Assembly: GCA_011605725.1 (NCBI GenBank)
Contig: JAAOZP010000012.1
Span: 74,238 to 138,237, forward strand
From: Nitrososphaerota archaeon
Lineage (GTDB): Archaea > Thermoproteota > EX4484-205 > JAAOZP01
Direction of reading: 5' to 3'
DNA: 64,000 nt
In this document: piece by piece, positions 30,095 through 38,528 of the stretch
Numbering within the stretch: position 1 is the stretch's first letter
Layout of the letters: each line of letters opens with the position of its first letter
Made by a program: the position numbers and the translations under genes
Notes under the pieces: model-generated
Told to the model about the DNA's origin: nothing
Databases searched by the model: none
What the model saw: the letters and a program-made list of their open reading frames with translations, nothing else

Positions 30095-31249
30095 CTATTG
30101 GAGCTTTGCACCACAATTGAGGCAGAACTTTGAACCCTCAGGCACCGTGGACCCGCATTTCGGACAGTTAACACTCTGAGGCTGCAACTGAGCCCCACAG
30201 TTCATGCAGAACTTTGCGCCAGCAGGGTTCTGCGTTCCGCATTTCGGACAATTCACCGTGGCCTGCATGGGTGCACCGCAGCTCATACAGAATTTAGCTG
30301 TGCTCGGGTTCTGCGCCCCGCATTTAGGGCACGCTACTGTTCCTGCTGGAGGCGCGGCAGGTGGCTGCGCCGGCGGCGGAGGTGCTTGGATGGCTGCGCC
30401 GCAGGACGGGCAGAACTTGCTTGTAGAGGGTACTTGAGCTTTGCAGCTTGGACATATGACCATTGGTGCTGCGGCAGCCTGCTGCATTAGCTGGGGCACC
30501 AGAACTATTCCTGTTCCAGCCGCCGCCCCGGGCGACTTGCTTAGGGACTCGGCGACGCTCTTAGTCGTGTCCATCGCCATGACTTGTGTCGCAGCGCCGC
30601 CGGTCTGCTTTATCCAGAACAGCCTATCCCTGTACTCCGGCGTGGTGTCGACGCCCTCAAACTTTAGGTCTATGACGTCTACGCCGACGCGCTTAAACTC
30701 CTCGTCTATCGTTGCCTTAACCTTGAACGAAACCTCCTCAAGCTTTGTGAAGACCGTCACAAGGTCGTATTTCGAGAGCTGCGTTATCAGCCTCTCGTTC
30801 ATGAAGCCCCGTAGAAAGCTGTTTACGGATTCGGTGGTGTAGGCGCTCTGCCCTCCCACGACCTCCATTACGAACGTCTTTGGGTCTCCAACTTTAAACC
30901 AGAATGCCCCGTAGAACTTCAGGGGTGCGAGCTCAACCGTCTGCCCGCTGGCTCCGAACAATCCTTTAAACTGCTTCGTGGAGACGAATATGACTGTGGC
31001 TTTGAAAGGCGTGGTTTCGAAGCCAGCCACCCTTGTTAAGACGCCTGTGAGCAGCGGAAGGTTCATCGTTGTTAAAGTATGTCTGCCAGGCCCGAAGACA
31101 TCGTAGGCTTTGCCGTCCCTGAAGAATATTGCAGCCTCATACTCGTGGACGATCAGCTGAGCACCCCAGGTTATCTCCTCCTTAGGGTATCTCCAGACGA
31201 TGTCTTCAGCCGAGGCCCCTACCCACTCTATTATCTGAGGCATCTTCAA
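30095..31249 (-). CDS. SPFH (stomatin/prohibitin-like) domain protein with four tandem C-terminal zinc ribbons
   Basis: 384 aa; N-terminal ~250 aa SPFH-like; C-terminus carries four CPxCG-x7-KFCxxCGA units separated by a Pro-rich linker. Confidence 0.6.
   Translation of the reverse strand: MKMPQIIEWVGASAEDIVWRYPKEEITWGAQLIVHEYEAAIFFRDGKAYDVFGPGRHTLTTMNLPLLTGVLTRVAGFETTPFKATVIFVSTKQFKGLFGASGQTVELAPLKFYGAFWFKVGDPKTFVMEVVGGQSAYTTESVNSFLRGFMNERLITQLSKYDLVTVFTKLEEVSFKVKATIDEEFKRVGVDVIDLKFEGVDTTPEYRDRLFWIKQTGGAATQVMAMDTTKSVAESLSKSPGAAAGTGIVLVPQLMQQAAAAPMVICPSCKAQVPSTSKFCPSCGAAIQAPPPPAQPPAAPPAGTVACPKCGAQNPSTAKFCMSCGAPMQATVNCPKCGTQNPAGAKFCMNCGAQLQPQSVNCPKCGSTVPEGSKFCLNCGAKLQ
30098..30460 (-). repeat. 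In-frame tandem coding repeats (four ~75 nt units) encoding the zinc-ribbon modules of the SPFH protein
   Basis: Repeated ccgcatttcggaca / ccgcatttagggca-type units read on the plus strand; all inside the CDS. Confidence 0.6.
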
Positions 31250-31782
31250 ACACCTCCCTTAATGGAGACTATCTCCTCCTCCCTGGAGGCTAAGGCTGAT
31301 TCAAGCTCTCTAGCCTTGGCTTCAAGCTGCTTCAAGAGACCGGGGAGAACATCCAGGCTTCCGGCGCTTGCAGCATTTTCAGCCTCCTCAGCTGTTCTAG
31401 AGACCTCTTCACAAGCTCCTAGAAGCCTATAGTCGTGCTCCATCAGCCTGTCGAGCTCAGCCTCACGAACTTTAACAAGGTCGAAGAAGCCCGCGTAACC
31501 GTAGTCAGCATGCTCAATCTTGTTTATAACCCTGTCTAGGACCGCGGAAACCCTGTTCAGATTCTTAAACAATTCGACCGCGTTTGAGTCGGCAGCCTCT
31601 CTTGAAACTGTTTTCAAACGGAACCTGGCTGCCTCAAGCTTTTTAACCATGAAATCTCTTAGAAGCTTATCTGCTTCCCTCCTAACCTCCTTCTGCTTGT
31701 ATCCCCTGTAGCCCGGGATGTAGGAAGCTATCTTCTCAGCCAGCCCTCTTTTCTCCTCATACTCCTTTATGAATTCGCTCAT
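31246..31782 (-). CDS. Coiled-coil protein of unknown function (putative partner of the SPFH protein)
   Basis: 178 aa, highly charged Glu/Lys/Arg-rich helical sequence; stop overlaps the SPFH gene start by 4 nt. Confidence 0.4.
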   Translation of the reverse strand: MSEFIKEYEEKRGLAEKIASYIPGYRGYKQKEVRREADKLLRDFMVKKLEAARFRLKTVSREAADSNAVELFKNLNRVSAVLDRVINKIEHADYGYAGFFDLVKVREAELDRLMEHDYRLLGACEEVSRTAEEAENAASAGSLDVLPGLLKQLEAKARELESALASREEEIVSIKGGV

Positions 31783-31847
31783 GAAAAGACATGATTCATA
31801 ACTAGCTTAAAAACATTACTTATAGAAGAATTTAAAAACACGTTTTC

Positions 31848-32855
31848 TTAAAGGGGGAGTGTAACAGGCCTCCCCTGTCTGATTGACCTGTGTATCGCCA
31901 GCGCAACCTCTACAGCAGCCCTCGCATCCTCAGCTGAAACCAGTGGCTTCTCCACCCCCTTCACGCAGTTTATGAAATGGCTAATCTCGTCCCTGAGATA
32001 CCCTTTGACCTGCCCTTGAACAACTGGATTATAGTAGGACAGGGTTTCCTGCCCCTTCTCCCCCCAGAACAGGAAGCTGTCACTAGGCTGGCTTATCCAG
32101 ATGCTGCCCCTTGTCCCAACGAGTTCAAGCTTGAAGTCGAAAGACATTGTGGAAGGCAGTATCCAAATGTTTTCAAGAGCCCCTATCGTGCCGCCTTTAA
32201 ATCTGAAGACGGACCAGACTGCATCCTTCACACCATATGGCTTGAGAACCCTGCTTCCAGCCTCAGCGTAAACCCGGGTGATATTTCTCCCGATAATCCA
32301 CCTCATCACATCAATATCGTGTACTCCGAGGAATAAGAGCAGAGAGGTTTCCTTAAGCCAGGCTTTCAACCGCATGGGGGAGTTTATCGAGTTGTTTCTC
32401 CTAGCCCATATTGAGACAGGTTCGCCTAGCAGCCCCCTATCCATGTATTCCTTAGCCTTCGCATAATTGTAGTCGAACCTCACTATGTGGCCGACGAGGA
32501 AAGTTATCCCTGCTTTTTTAACAGCCTTCACAATAGCGTCCGCATCTCTCAGAGTTGTCGCGATGGGCTTCTCCAGAAGCACTGCTTTCCCAGCCTCCGC
32601 CGCAGCAATCGTAGGCTCCCGGTGGAGATGATCCGGGACAACGATGCTAACAGCATCAATATCCGGCCTCGCTAAAAGATCGTTGTAATCCGTATACCAT
32701 TTCTCCGCCCCATATTCTCTCGCAGCCTCCCTAGCTTTTTCCTCAAGAACGTCCGCGGTTGCAACAAGCTTAACCCCCGGGAGCTCCGAGTAGACGCGAG
32801 CATGGCACTTCCCCATAACGCCGCAGCCTATTACTCCCACCCTAATCAGACTCAT
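31848..32855 (-). CDS. Gfo/Idh/MocA-family NAD(P)-dependent oxidoreductase
   Basis: 335 aa; N-terminal IRVGVIGCGVMGKCHARVY Rossmann motif typical of the family. Confidence 0.8.
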   Translation of the reverse strand: MSLIRVGVIGCGVMGKCHARVYSELPGVKLVATADVLEEKAREAAREYGAEKWYTDYNDLLARPDIDAVSIVVPDHLHREPTIAAAEAGKAVLLEKPIATTLRDADAIVKAVKKAGITFLVGHIVRFDYNYAKAKEYMDRGLLGEPVSIWARRNNSINSPMRLKAWLKETSLLLFLGVHDIDVMRWIIGRNITRVYAEAGSRVLKPYGVKDAVWSVFRFKGGTIGALENIWILPSTMSFDFKLELVGTRGSIWISQPSDSFLFWGEKGQETLSYYNPVVQGQVKGYLRDEISHFINCVKGVEKPLVSAEDARAAVEVALAIHRSIRQGRPVTLPL

Positions 32856-32866
32856 CTCTCTTCAAT

Positions 32867-33919
32867 TTAAAGCATCTTAACCGTCTCTAAAGGCTTTACT
32901 CTCAAAACCTCAGGATTGAGAAGGCTTGGAGGAGCCTCCCCGCGGAGAATGCTTATAATGTTTTCAGCAGCTTTCTCAGCAAGCCGTCTCCTGGCTTCGA
33001 AAGTTGCGCTCGCTATGTGCGGGGTGAGGACAACGTTATCCATGTTTATCAAAGGATTATCAGGGTCAATAGGCTCCTTCTCGAAAACGTCGAGCGCTGC
33101 TCCAGCTATCCATCCTTCTTTTAAAGCCCTCACCAGAGCCTTCTCATCTATCACAGCCCCTCTGGAGACGTTTATCAAGTAGGAGGTGGGCTTCATGCTT
33201 CTAAGCTCCTGCTCACCAATCATCTTAACGGTTTCAGGAGTTAAAGATGTTGAGAGTACGATGAAGTCAGACTCTCTGAGAAGATCTTTAAGGGGCCTGT
33301 AGGATACGTCTAGCTTAGCTTCAACATCCGGCTTCCTTGTCCTGCTGAAGTATATAACCCTCATGCCTAGACACCTGGCTCTGCTCGCCACAGCTTTCCC
33401 AATGGCTCCAAGCCCAACAATGCCGAGCGTCCTACCGTTAATATCGGGGCCAAGCATGAACATTGGGGACCAGGCTATCCTCCAAGAGCCCTTCCTGAGA
33501 AACCTGTCCGCCTCCACAATCCTCCTGGCGACTGAGAAGAGGAGTGCTAGTGCAAACTCTGCAACAGCATCCGTTAAAACACTCGGCACATTAGTAACGT
33601 AGACTCCTCGCACAGTAGCCTCTTTCAAATCTATATGGTCGTAGCCGGCGCTCATTGTGCTTATAACCCTGAGTTTCTCAGCCTTCTCAAGAACCTCCCT
33701 ATCTATCGTGTCGCTTAGAAGTATGAGCGCAGCATCCTTGTCCTCGAGGCTCTTAACCAGAACGCTTTTAGGAGGCGGGTAGTCGGAATCGTGAAGCTCG
33801 ACGTCGCAGTGTCTCCTGAGAAGCCTTAGAGCAGACTCCTGTATCCTTCTCGAAACATAGACTCTAGGCCTAACCATGCCACGGATTAACCTCGGGGTTT
33901 TATAAGTATTGGTGTACAA
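32867..33919 (-). CDS. D-isomer-specific 2-hydroxyacid dehydrogenase (glyoxylate/hydroxypyruvate reductase-like)
   Basis: 350 aa; NAD-binding GIVGLGAIGKAVASRA and catalytic-region pattern of the family. Confidence 0.8.
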   Translation of the reverse strand: MYTNTYKTPRLIRGMVRPRVYVSRRIQESALRLLRRHCDVELHDSDYPPPKSVLVKSLEDKDAALILLSDTIDREVLEKAEKLRVISTMSAGYDHIDLKEATVRGVYVTNVPSVLTDAVAEFALALLFSVARRIVEADRFLRKGSWRIAWSPMFMLGPDINGRTLGIVGLGAIGKAVASRARCLGMRVIYFSRTRKPDVEAKLDVSYRPLKDLLRESDFIVLSTSLTPETVKMIGEQELRSMKPTSYLINVSRGAVIDEKALVRALKEGWIAGAALDVFEKEPIDPDNPLINMDNVVLTPHIASATFEARRRLAEKAAENIISILRGEAPPSLLNPEVLRVKPLETVKML

Positions 33920-33927
33920 GCCTGAGC

Positions 33928-34956
33928 TTATGAATGTTTTAAAACCATTATGCTAGGACTAGCATCGCCATGTTGAACAGTTCTCTCGTGCTCAAGGCTC
34001 AACCCTATTTTTGAAGAGATTTCCCTCACGTAGCTTGGCTTAATGGTTATGAGCACGATCCGGCCGTTCTCGTTTAGAACCTTCCTCATCTCAGGCAGGC
34101 ACCTGCTGTAGAAAACATACGGATTGATTCTTGCTATCGGCTTAGTGCCATATGGAGGATCCGTAACTATCCTATCTACTTTAAACCTTAAAGCTTTAGA
34201 AAGCCTTCTGCAATCAACCCTCTGAAACACTATTTTTTCTGAAGCACCCATGGCTTCAGCGTTAATAGCAGCACCCTCCAGAAAGTATTCTGAAACGTCG
34301 AACCCGTAGATCTTAACACCATCCGTCGAGAGGGCAGCCTCAATAGGTATGATTCCGCCCCCGCACATCGGGTCGAGAAGAGTCATCCCAGGCTTAAGGT
34401 TGGCGATCCTAATCATTCCATAAGCAATTGAAGGCCTGAGGGCAGCCGGATGAGTGAAAACCAAGTATCTGCCAGAAGCATACTCTCTTCTAGAAAGCCC
34501 GACGAAACACGTGTCTCCAACAATATCGAGGAAAACGTTAGCCTGAAAATTCTCCAAGTCCACTTTTAAACCATACTTGTCCACCAGTGCTTGACCCGCC
34601 TTCCTTTGAACATCCATGCTTGTAAACTCGTGTTCCCCACGTCTCTTGCAGGTCACCCTGAAGGAGGAGGCTTCACGAAACCAGTTGTTGAACTCCATCC
34701 CTATGATCCCGCTGTAAACATCATCTAAGCCCCTTAAACCAGTATCCAAGTTGAAAGCCCCAACATATTCTATGAACCAGTCTACGCTTCTGAGCGACAA
34801 CAGCCTCGGAGAATCGGATTCAGGAATATCTATGACGATCCTTCCCGGAACACCCTGAGGATTCTCTTCGATGATGCTTTTAACACTGATTTTCTCCTCC
34901 AGCTCAGCCTCTACAATATCCTCGAGACCGCATGGGAAGACTAGTAGAAATCTCAC
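33928..34956 (-). CDS. THUMP-domain tRNA (guanine-N2)-methyltransferase (Trm14/TrmN-like)
   Basis: 342 aa; SAM-binding DPMCGGGIIPIEAA and catalytic VTDPPYG motifs after an N-terminal THUMP-like region. Confidence 0.7.
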   Translation of the reverse strand: MRFLLVFPCGLEDIVEAELEEKISVKSIIEENPQGVPGRIVIDIPESDSPRLLSLRSVDWFIEYVGAFNLDTGLRGLDDVYSGIIGMEFNNWFREASSFRVTCKRRGEHEFTSMDVQRKAGQALVDKYGLKVDLENFQANVFLDIVGDTCFVGLSRREYASGRYLVFTHPAALRPSIAYGMIRIANLKPGMTLLDPMCGGGIIPIEAALSTDGVKIYGFDVSEYFLEGAAINAEAMGASEKIVFQRVDCRRLSKALRFKVDRIVTDPPYGTKPIARINPYVFYSRCLPEMRKVLNENGRIVLITIKPSYVREISSKIGLSLEHERTVQHGDASPSIMVLKHS

Positions 34957-34974
34957 GGCAAAGCTGTAAGCATG

Positions 34975-36813
34975 CTAGCCTATAAGATTTATCTTCTTCA
35001 GAAGCTCCAGGGAGACTTCTCGCGTTAGGCTTTCCGGCCTGGAGAGGCTTCTGAAGGCTTGTGAAACATAGAGTAGCGTTGAAACGTCTTCATCGTTTAA
35101 AACACGTATCTTAACGTTTCCAAGTGACTCCAGGGCTTTCTGGAGCTCCGGGCTGACTGGGCTTGTAGTCAGCATCACAATCCTGTCGAGCTTCCTGCTT
35201 CTCGCGAAATCTATAAGCGGCTCAATACTGCTTCTTTTAAGCCCTTCAGAAGGCTTTGGCGCTTTAATCATCACTCCAACCTGGACACCTCCGCTTGACG
35301 TATCTGTGAAAAGAAGGTCTATCTCCCTCTTCCTGGTTAAGGATACGCTTATCCTCTTCCTGCCTATGAGGCTCTGTTTACCGAGAGCTGTTTCAATAAG
35401 GCTTGAAACAGCTTTTTCCAGCAGGATCGCCCTCTCAGAGGATTTTTCAATATTGTAGAACCTTGTGATTATCTGACTTTTAACATCGCTGTCAGGTGTA
35501 ACTGGAGTCACGGCCCTGGCGGCGGGCAGACCCATTTTCATAACGGCCTCCATAGCTATCACGGTGTCAACGTAGTCTGGCTGAGTAATGCCCCTTTCAA
35601 GTCTTTCAGCAAGTATCTCGATGCATGCGAAACACTCCGACAGCAGCCTCCTGATCTCCCCACCCGAGTTCGCCCAGAGGAGTTTAACACTATTCATTGG
35701 AAACAGGTTTGAATATGCTCCCTCATCCTTACCAAGGTAGAGGGCCTTCACATACCTGTCGATTATATCCTTGGCTTCTTCCACACTTATCTTCTCAAGG
35801 CTTATCGGGGTTGAGGAGACCCTGCTTACAATGGCCGGAGCCACTCTGAACCTCTGTCCCTTCAGCTCTTCAAACATAACTGGCGTTAGAAGCAGGAGTA
35901 TGAATAATCCACCAGGACCATTATCCACAATCCTCTTCAAAGTATGGAAGAAAACGTCAATATTATCATGCACAAGCGTCTCAACCTCGTCCACAACGAT
36001 TACGAAAGGAGCGTTGCTGACAAGCTTCGACAGATTCACCAGCGTCGTCAAGAATTTTAAAGCATTCTCGTCTGACTCCTTCAAGTAATCGCTCGAATGC
36101 TTAGCACCCCAGCTCCCATAGTATGGACTCGGAAGCCACAGTATCCATTTCGCAAGGTTAGGATCGATGAACCTCCTTGTTTTCGAAGGCTCAAATCTCG
36201 TTTCAAAAATTTTCCCAAGTTCTTCAAGCTCAAGCCTTACGAGCCCAGTTATTTCAAGCATTCCTTCCTCGACAAGTTTCCTTACAGCCCTGAAATCGTT
36301 TGAAACCATGTTGAAAGCCTCCCTAGCCTTCTCAGCCTTTTTACCCAGCACCGTTGGAATCAGACCGACGCTAACAGTTCTCTGAAAAAGCTCGTAACCC
36401 ATTCTGGAAATCAACACTTGATGGAGCCTCAGGGAAAGCTCCATTAGAAATTCTTCGCTGCCGAGTGTCTCCACGACTTTTGATGCGAAGAAGATTAAGG
36501 ACGGTTTGTAAACAGAGTCTTGAATAGTCGGCATGTAGGAGAAAGGCTGACCCGGTTTCTCCTGGCTCAGAAGATATTGCAGGTGGAGGGCGAGGTGCGT
36601 CTTCCCGCTTCCAGCATCCCCTATAAGCATATCGATCTTTGGCTCTTCAAGCTTGAAAGAATAGTCGATCTCCTCCCTGATTCTTTTCAACGCCCTTATC
36701 CTGGACTCGCCGCCAAGTATCCAGATTCTACTTGGAACAGGAGTCAGTGGAAAAGGGTTGGCTTCAAGCATAAGACGGGAATACTTATTTGACGATTGCA
36801 TAATGGTAGACAC
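34975..36813 (-). CDS. P-loop NTPase with C-terminal PD-(D/E)xK-like (restriction-endonuclease-fold) domain
   Basis: 612 aa; Walker A GDAGSGKT, Walker B FVIVVDEVE; C-terminal EIDLLFTD...VQVGVMIKA resembles a D...(E/Q)xK nuclease core; likely starts at an internal Met (about 36771). Confidence 0.5.
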   Translation of the reverse strand: MSTIMQSSNKYSRLMLEANPFPLTPVPSRIWILGGESRIRALKRIREEIDYSFKLEEPKIDMLIGDAGSGKTHLALHLQYLLSQEKPGQPFSYMPTIQDSVYKPSLIFFASKVVETLGSEEFLMELSLRLHQVLISRMGYELFQRTVSVGLIPTVLGKKAEKAREAFNMVSNDFRAVRKLVEEGMLEITGLVRLELEELGKIFETRFEPSKTRRFIDPNLAKWILWLPSPYYGSWGAKHSSDYLKESDENALKFLTTLVNLSKLVSNAPFVIVVDEVETLVHDNIDVFFHTLKRIVDNGPGGLFILLLLTPVMFEELKGQRFRVAPAIVSRVSSTPISLEKISVEEAKDIIDRYVKALYLGKDEGAYSNLFPMNSVKLLWANSGGEIRRLLSECFACIEILAERLERGITQPDYVDTVIAMEAVMKMGLPAARAVTPVTPDSDVKSQIITRFYNIEKSSERAILLEKAVSSLIETALGKQSLIGRKRISVSLTRKREIDLLFTDTSSGGVQVGVMIKAPKPSEGLKRSSIEPLIDFARSRKLDRIVMLTTSPVSPELQKALESLGNVKIRVLNDEDVSTLLYVSQAFRSLSRPESLTREVSLELLKKINLIG

Positions 36814-37294
36814 CTCTAGCCGTCTTCAAACCACTATTCGATTCGCCACTACCTGCATGAAGTTGAACGACATACGGATCACTACTGTTCAACTCTATTA
36901 TCCTCCTGTCGAATTCATCACCACTTATATTTAATTCTTCAGATACTTTAAGCCGGAGATCAGTTATTCTCACATAAGGTGCTATTGGACTAGACCTTAC
37001 CAAGTCGTTATACTTCAGCCTTAAGGTTTCGAGGAAACTTTGAGGCGACAGTTGCTCAGCCTCTTTAAGCCTAGCGTATTTTAAGAAAGGAAGGTTCCAA
37101 ATGCTCTTCATGCAATAGGCCCTGCCAGCCTCAGAAGTCCTATACTTTTTAACGGTCCTAGTCCTCCCCTCAACCGGTTCAAGATACCCTTTTTTAACTA
37201 GTTCTTTAAACTCTTTTTCAGTAAGCCTGCCAGCCTTCTTAACCATTTTCTCCGTGACCCCTTTAGGAGTGTCGGCGAATACAAGTGCAAGCAA
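36785..37294 (-). CDS. Small basic protein, possible winged-helix DNA-binding protein
   Basis: 169 aa Lys/Arg-rich ORF directly upstream of and overlapping the NTPase gene; fold assignment is inference. Confidence 0.35.
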   Translation of the reverse strand: MLALVFADTPKGVTEKMVKKAGRLTEKEFKELVKKGYLEPVEGRTRTVKKYRTSEAGRAYCMKSIWNLPFLKYARLKEAEQLSPQSFLETLRLKYNDLVRSSPIAPYVRITDLRLKVSEELNISGDEFDRRIIELNSSDPYVVQLHAGSGESNSGLKTARGVYHYAIVK

Positions 37295-37459
37295 TTGAAA
37301 CTCGTTCAGCCGGTATCACCTTATTAAAATGGGCTAAAGTAGTTTTTAAAGCTTGCCTGTCGGCCACAGTAAGCCCCATCTCCAGGGTGTTCAGAGGTTT
37401 AGATAAAGTTAAATCCTAATAGGCGAGACGTTTCTACACAGGAAGGCAAACGGTTAGAG

Positions 37460-37924
37460 ATGAGGGTGAAAAGGAAGCGTAAAATGGTTTTTCCCAGAAC
37501 CATGTTTGAATGCAAAGTGTGCGGGAAATGCTGCGTTGAGGATGTTAAGCGTGGTAGACGGATAGTTCTAACCGAGATTGACGCCTTAGAAATATCTAGC
37601 GCTACCGGAATAGGTTTGAACGAGTTCGCGGAGAAAAACAGTAGTGAAGCCTATCCGTACGCTATTAGGCTTGTCAACGGAAGATGCTTCTTCCTTAATC
37701 AGGACAACAAGTGCAGTATTTACCCGGTTAGACCTCTGGTGTGCAGGTTCTACCCTTTCGTAATGCATAAGATTGGAGAGACATACGTGTTTCACGCTGA
37801 CCCTTTCTGTCCAGGACTTGGGGAAGGCACTTATCTTGACGAAGAATATTTCGAAAGGCTTGTCGAGCTGGCTGAGAAGCGTTTAAAAAAGCCTACTGGG
37901 CTGTTCGAGGCGCGCCGCAGTTAG
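37460..37924 (+). CDS. YkgJ-family zinc/iron-chelating (CxxCxxCC) domain protein
   Basis: 154 aa; CKVCGKCC motif plus downstream CRFYPF and FCPG Cys motifs. Confidence 0.55.
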   Translation: MRVKRKRKMVFPRTMFECKVCGKCCVEDVKRGRRIVLTEIDALEISSATGIGLNEFAEKNSSEAYPYAIRLVNGRCFFLNQDNKCSIYPVRPLVCRFYPFVMHKIGETYVFHADPFCPGLGEGTYLDEEYFERLVELAEKRLKKPTGLFEARRS

Positions 37925-38468
37925 GGCACCTGGTCTCACTCTGCGGGAAAACAGTTCCACAATACTTGCATGAAACAGTGGATAGCACGTGCTGAATCTG
38001 GAGAGGCGGGGAAACATGTATTTCGATTGTTTTACTTGTCGCATCAGGCCGCCCTTCTACAGCAGCAACCCCCTTCAGACTCCAGGCTACGACCCTATCT
38101 AGGCTCTTGAAAGAAGGCTGGGCTCCTGGAGGTATTAGGATTTTAAACTGGTAGCTTTGGACAAAACCCTCGGGAACGTGAAGAGGCCCAGCCAACTGTG
38201 GTCTAGCTGAAAATATGACTGCAGAATCCCAGACCTGTTGCTCAACCTCCCTTTTAAGAGAAGCATTGTAAACCCTCCTGGTTCTACGTACCCGCTCAAT
38301 ACATTCAAGCTCGCACCTTATCTCCGTGCAGTCGAACTCTTCCTGAGACTCAACCTGTACTGCGCCCTCCACAGTGTCGCCAAGATAGAAGACCTGTTTA
38401 CTCAGAAACAGAGAGATGTTTACCCTGGGCGGTGTAACCTTATCCCTGAGTTTCTTAAACAGGCTCAC
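37893..38468 (-). CDS. Hypothetical protein with beta-rich N-terminal domain (possibly arrestin/Spo0M-like) and C-terminal zinc ribbon
   Basis: 191 aa; C-terminal CKYCGTVFPQSETRCPNCG zinc ribbon; 3' end overlaps the convergent YkgJ gene by 32 nt. Confidence 0.35.
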   Translation of the reverse strand: MSLFKKLRDKVTPPRVNISLFLSKQVFYLGDTVEGAVQVESQEEFDCTEIRCELECIERVRRTRRVYNASLKREVEQQVWDSAVIFSARPQLAGPLHVPEGFVQSYQFKILIPPGAQPSFKSLDRVVAWSLKGVAAVEGRPDATSKTIEIHVSPPLQIQHVLSTVSCKYCGTVFPQSETRCPNCGAPRTAQ

Positions 38469-38528
38469 AGCAGGATTTTTTCAACGGGGGGATTTAAGTT
38501 TTAAACGGCGCTGAATTAAAACGCGTGC

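Noticed and set aside
30098-30460. Possible CRISPR-like repeat array
   Set aside because: Repeats are contiguous, in-frame zinc-ribbon coding units inside a CDS, with no spacer structure and no cas genes nearby.
30441-30842. Plus-strand ORFs 30204-30437 and 30441-30842
   Set aside because: Antisense to the SPFH-zinc-ribbon gene; Gly/Ala/Pro-rich translations are the mirror of the Cys/Pro-rich repeats.
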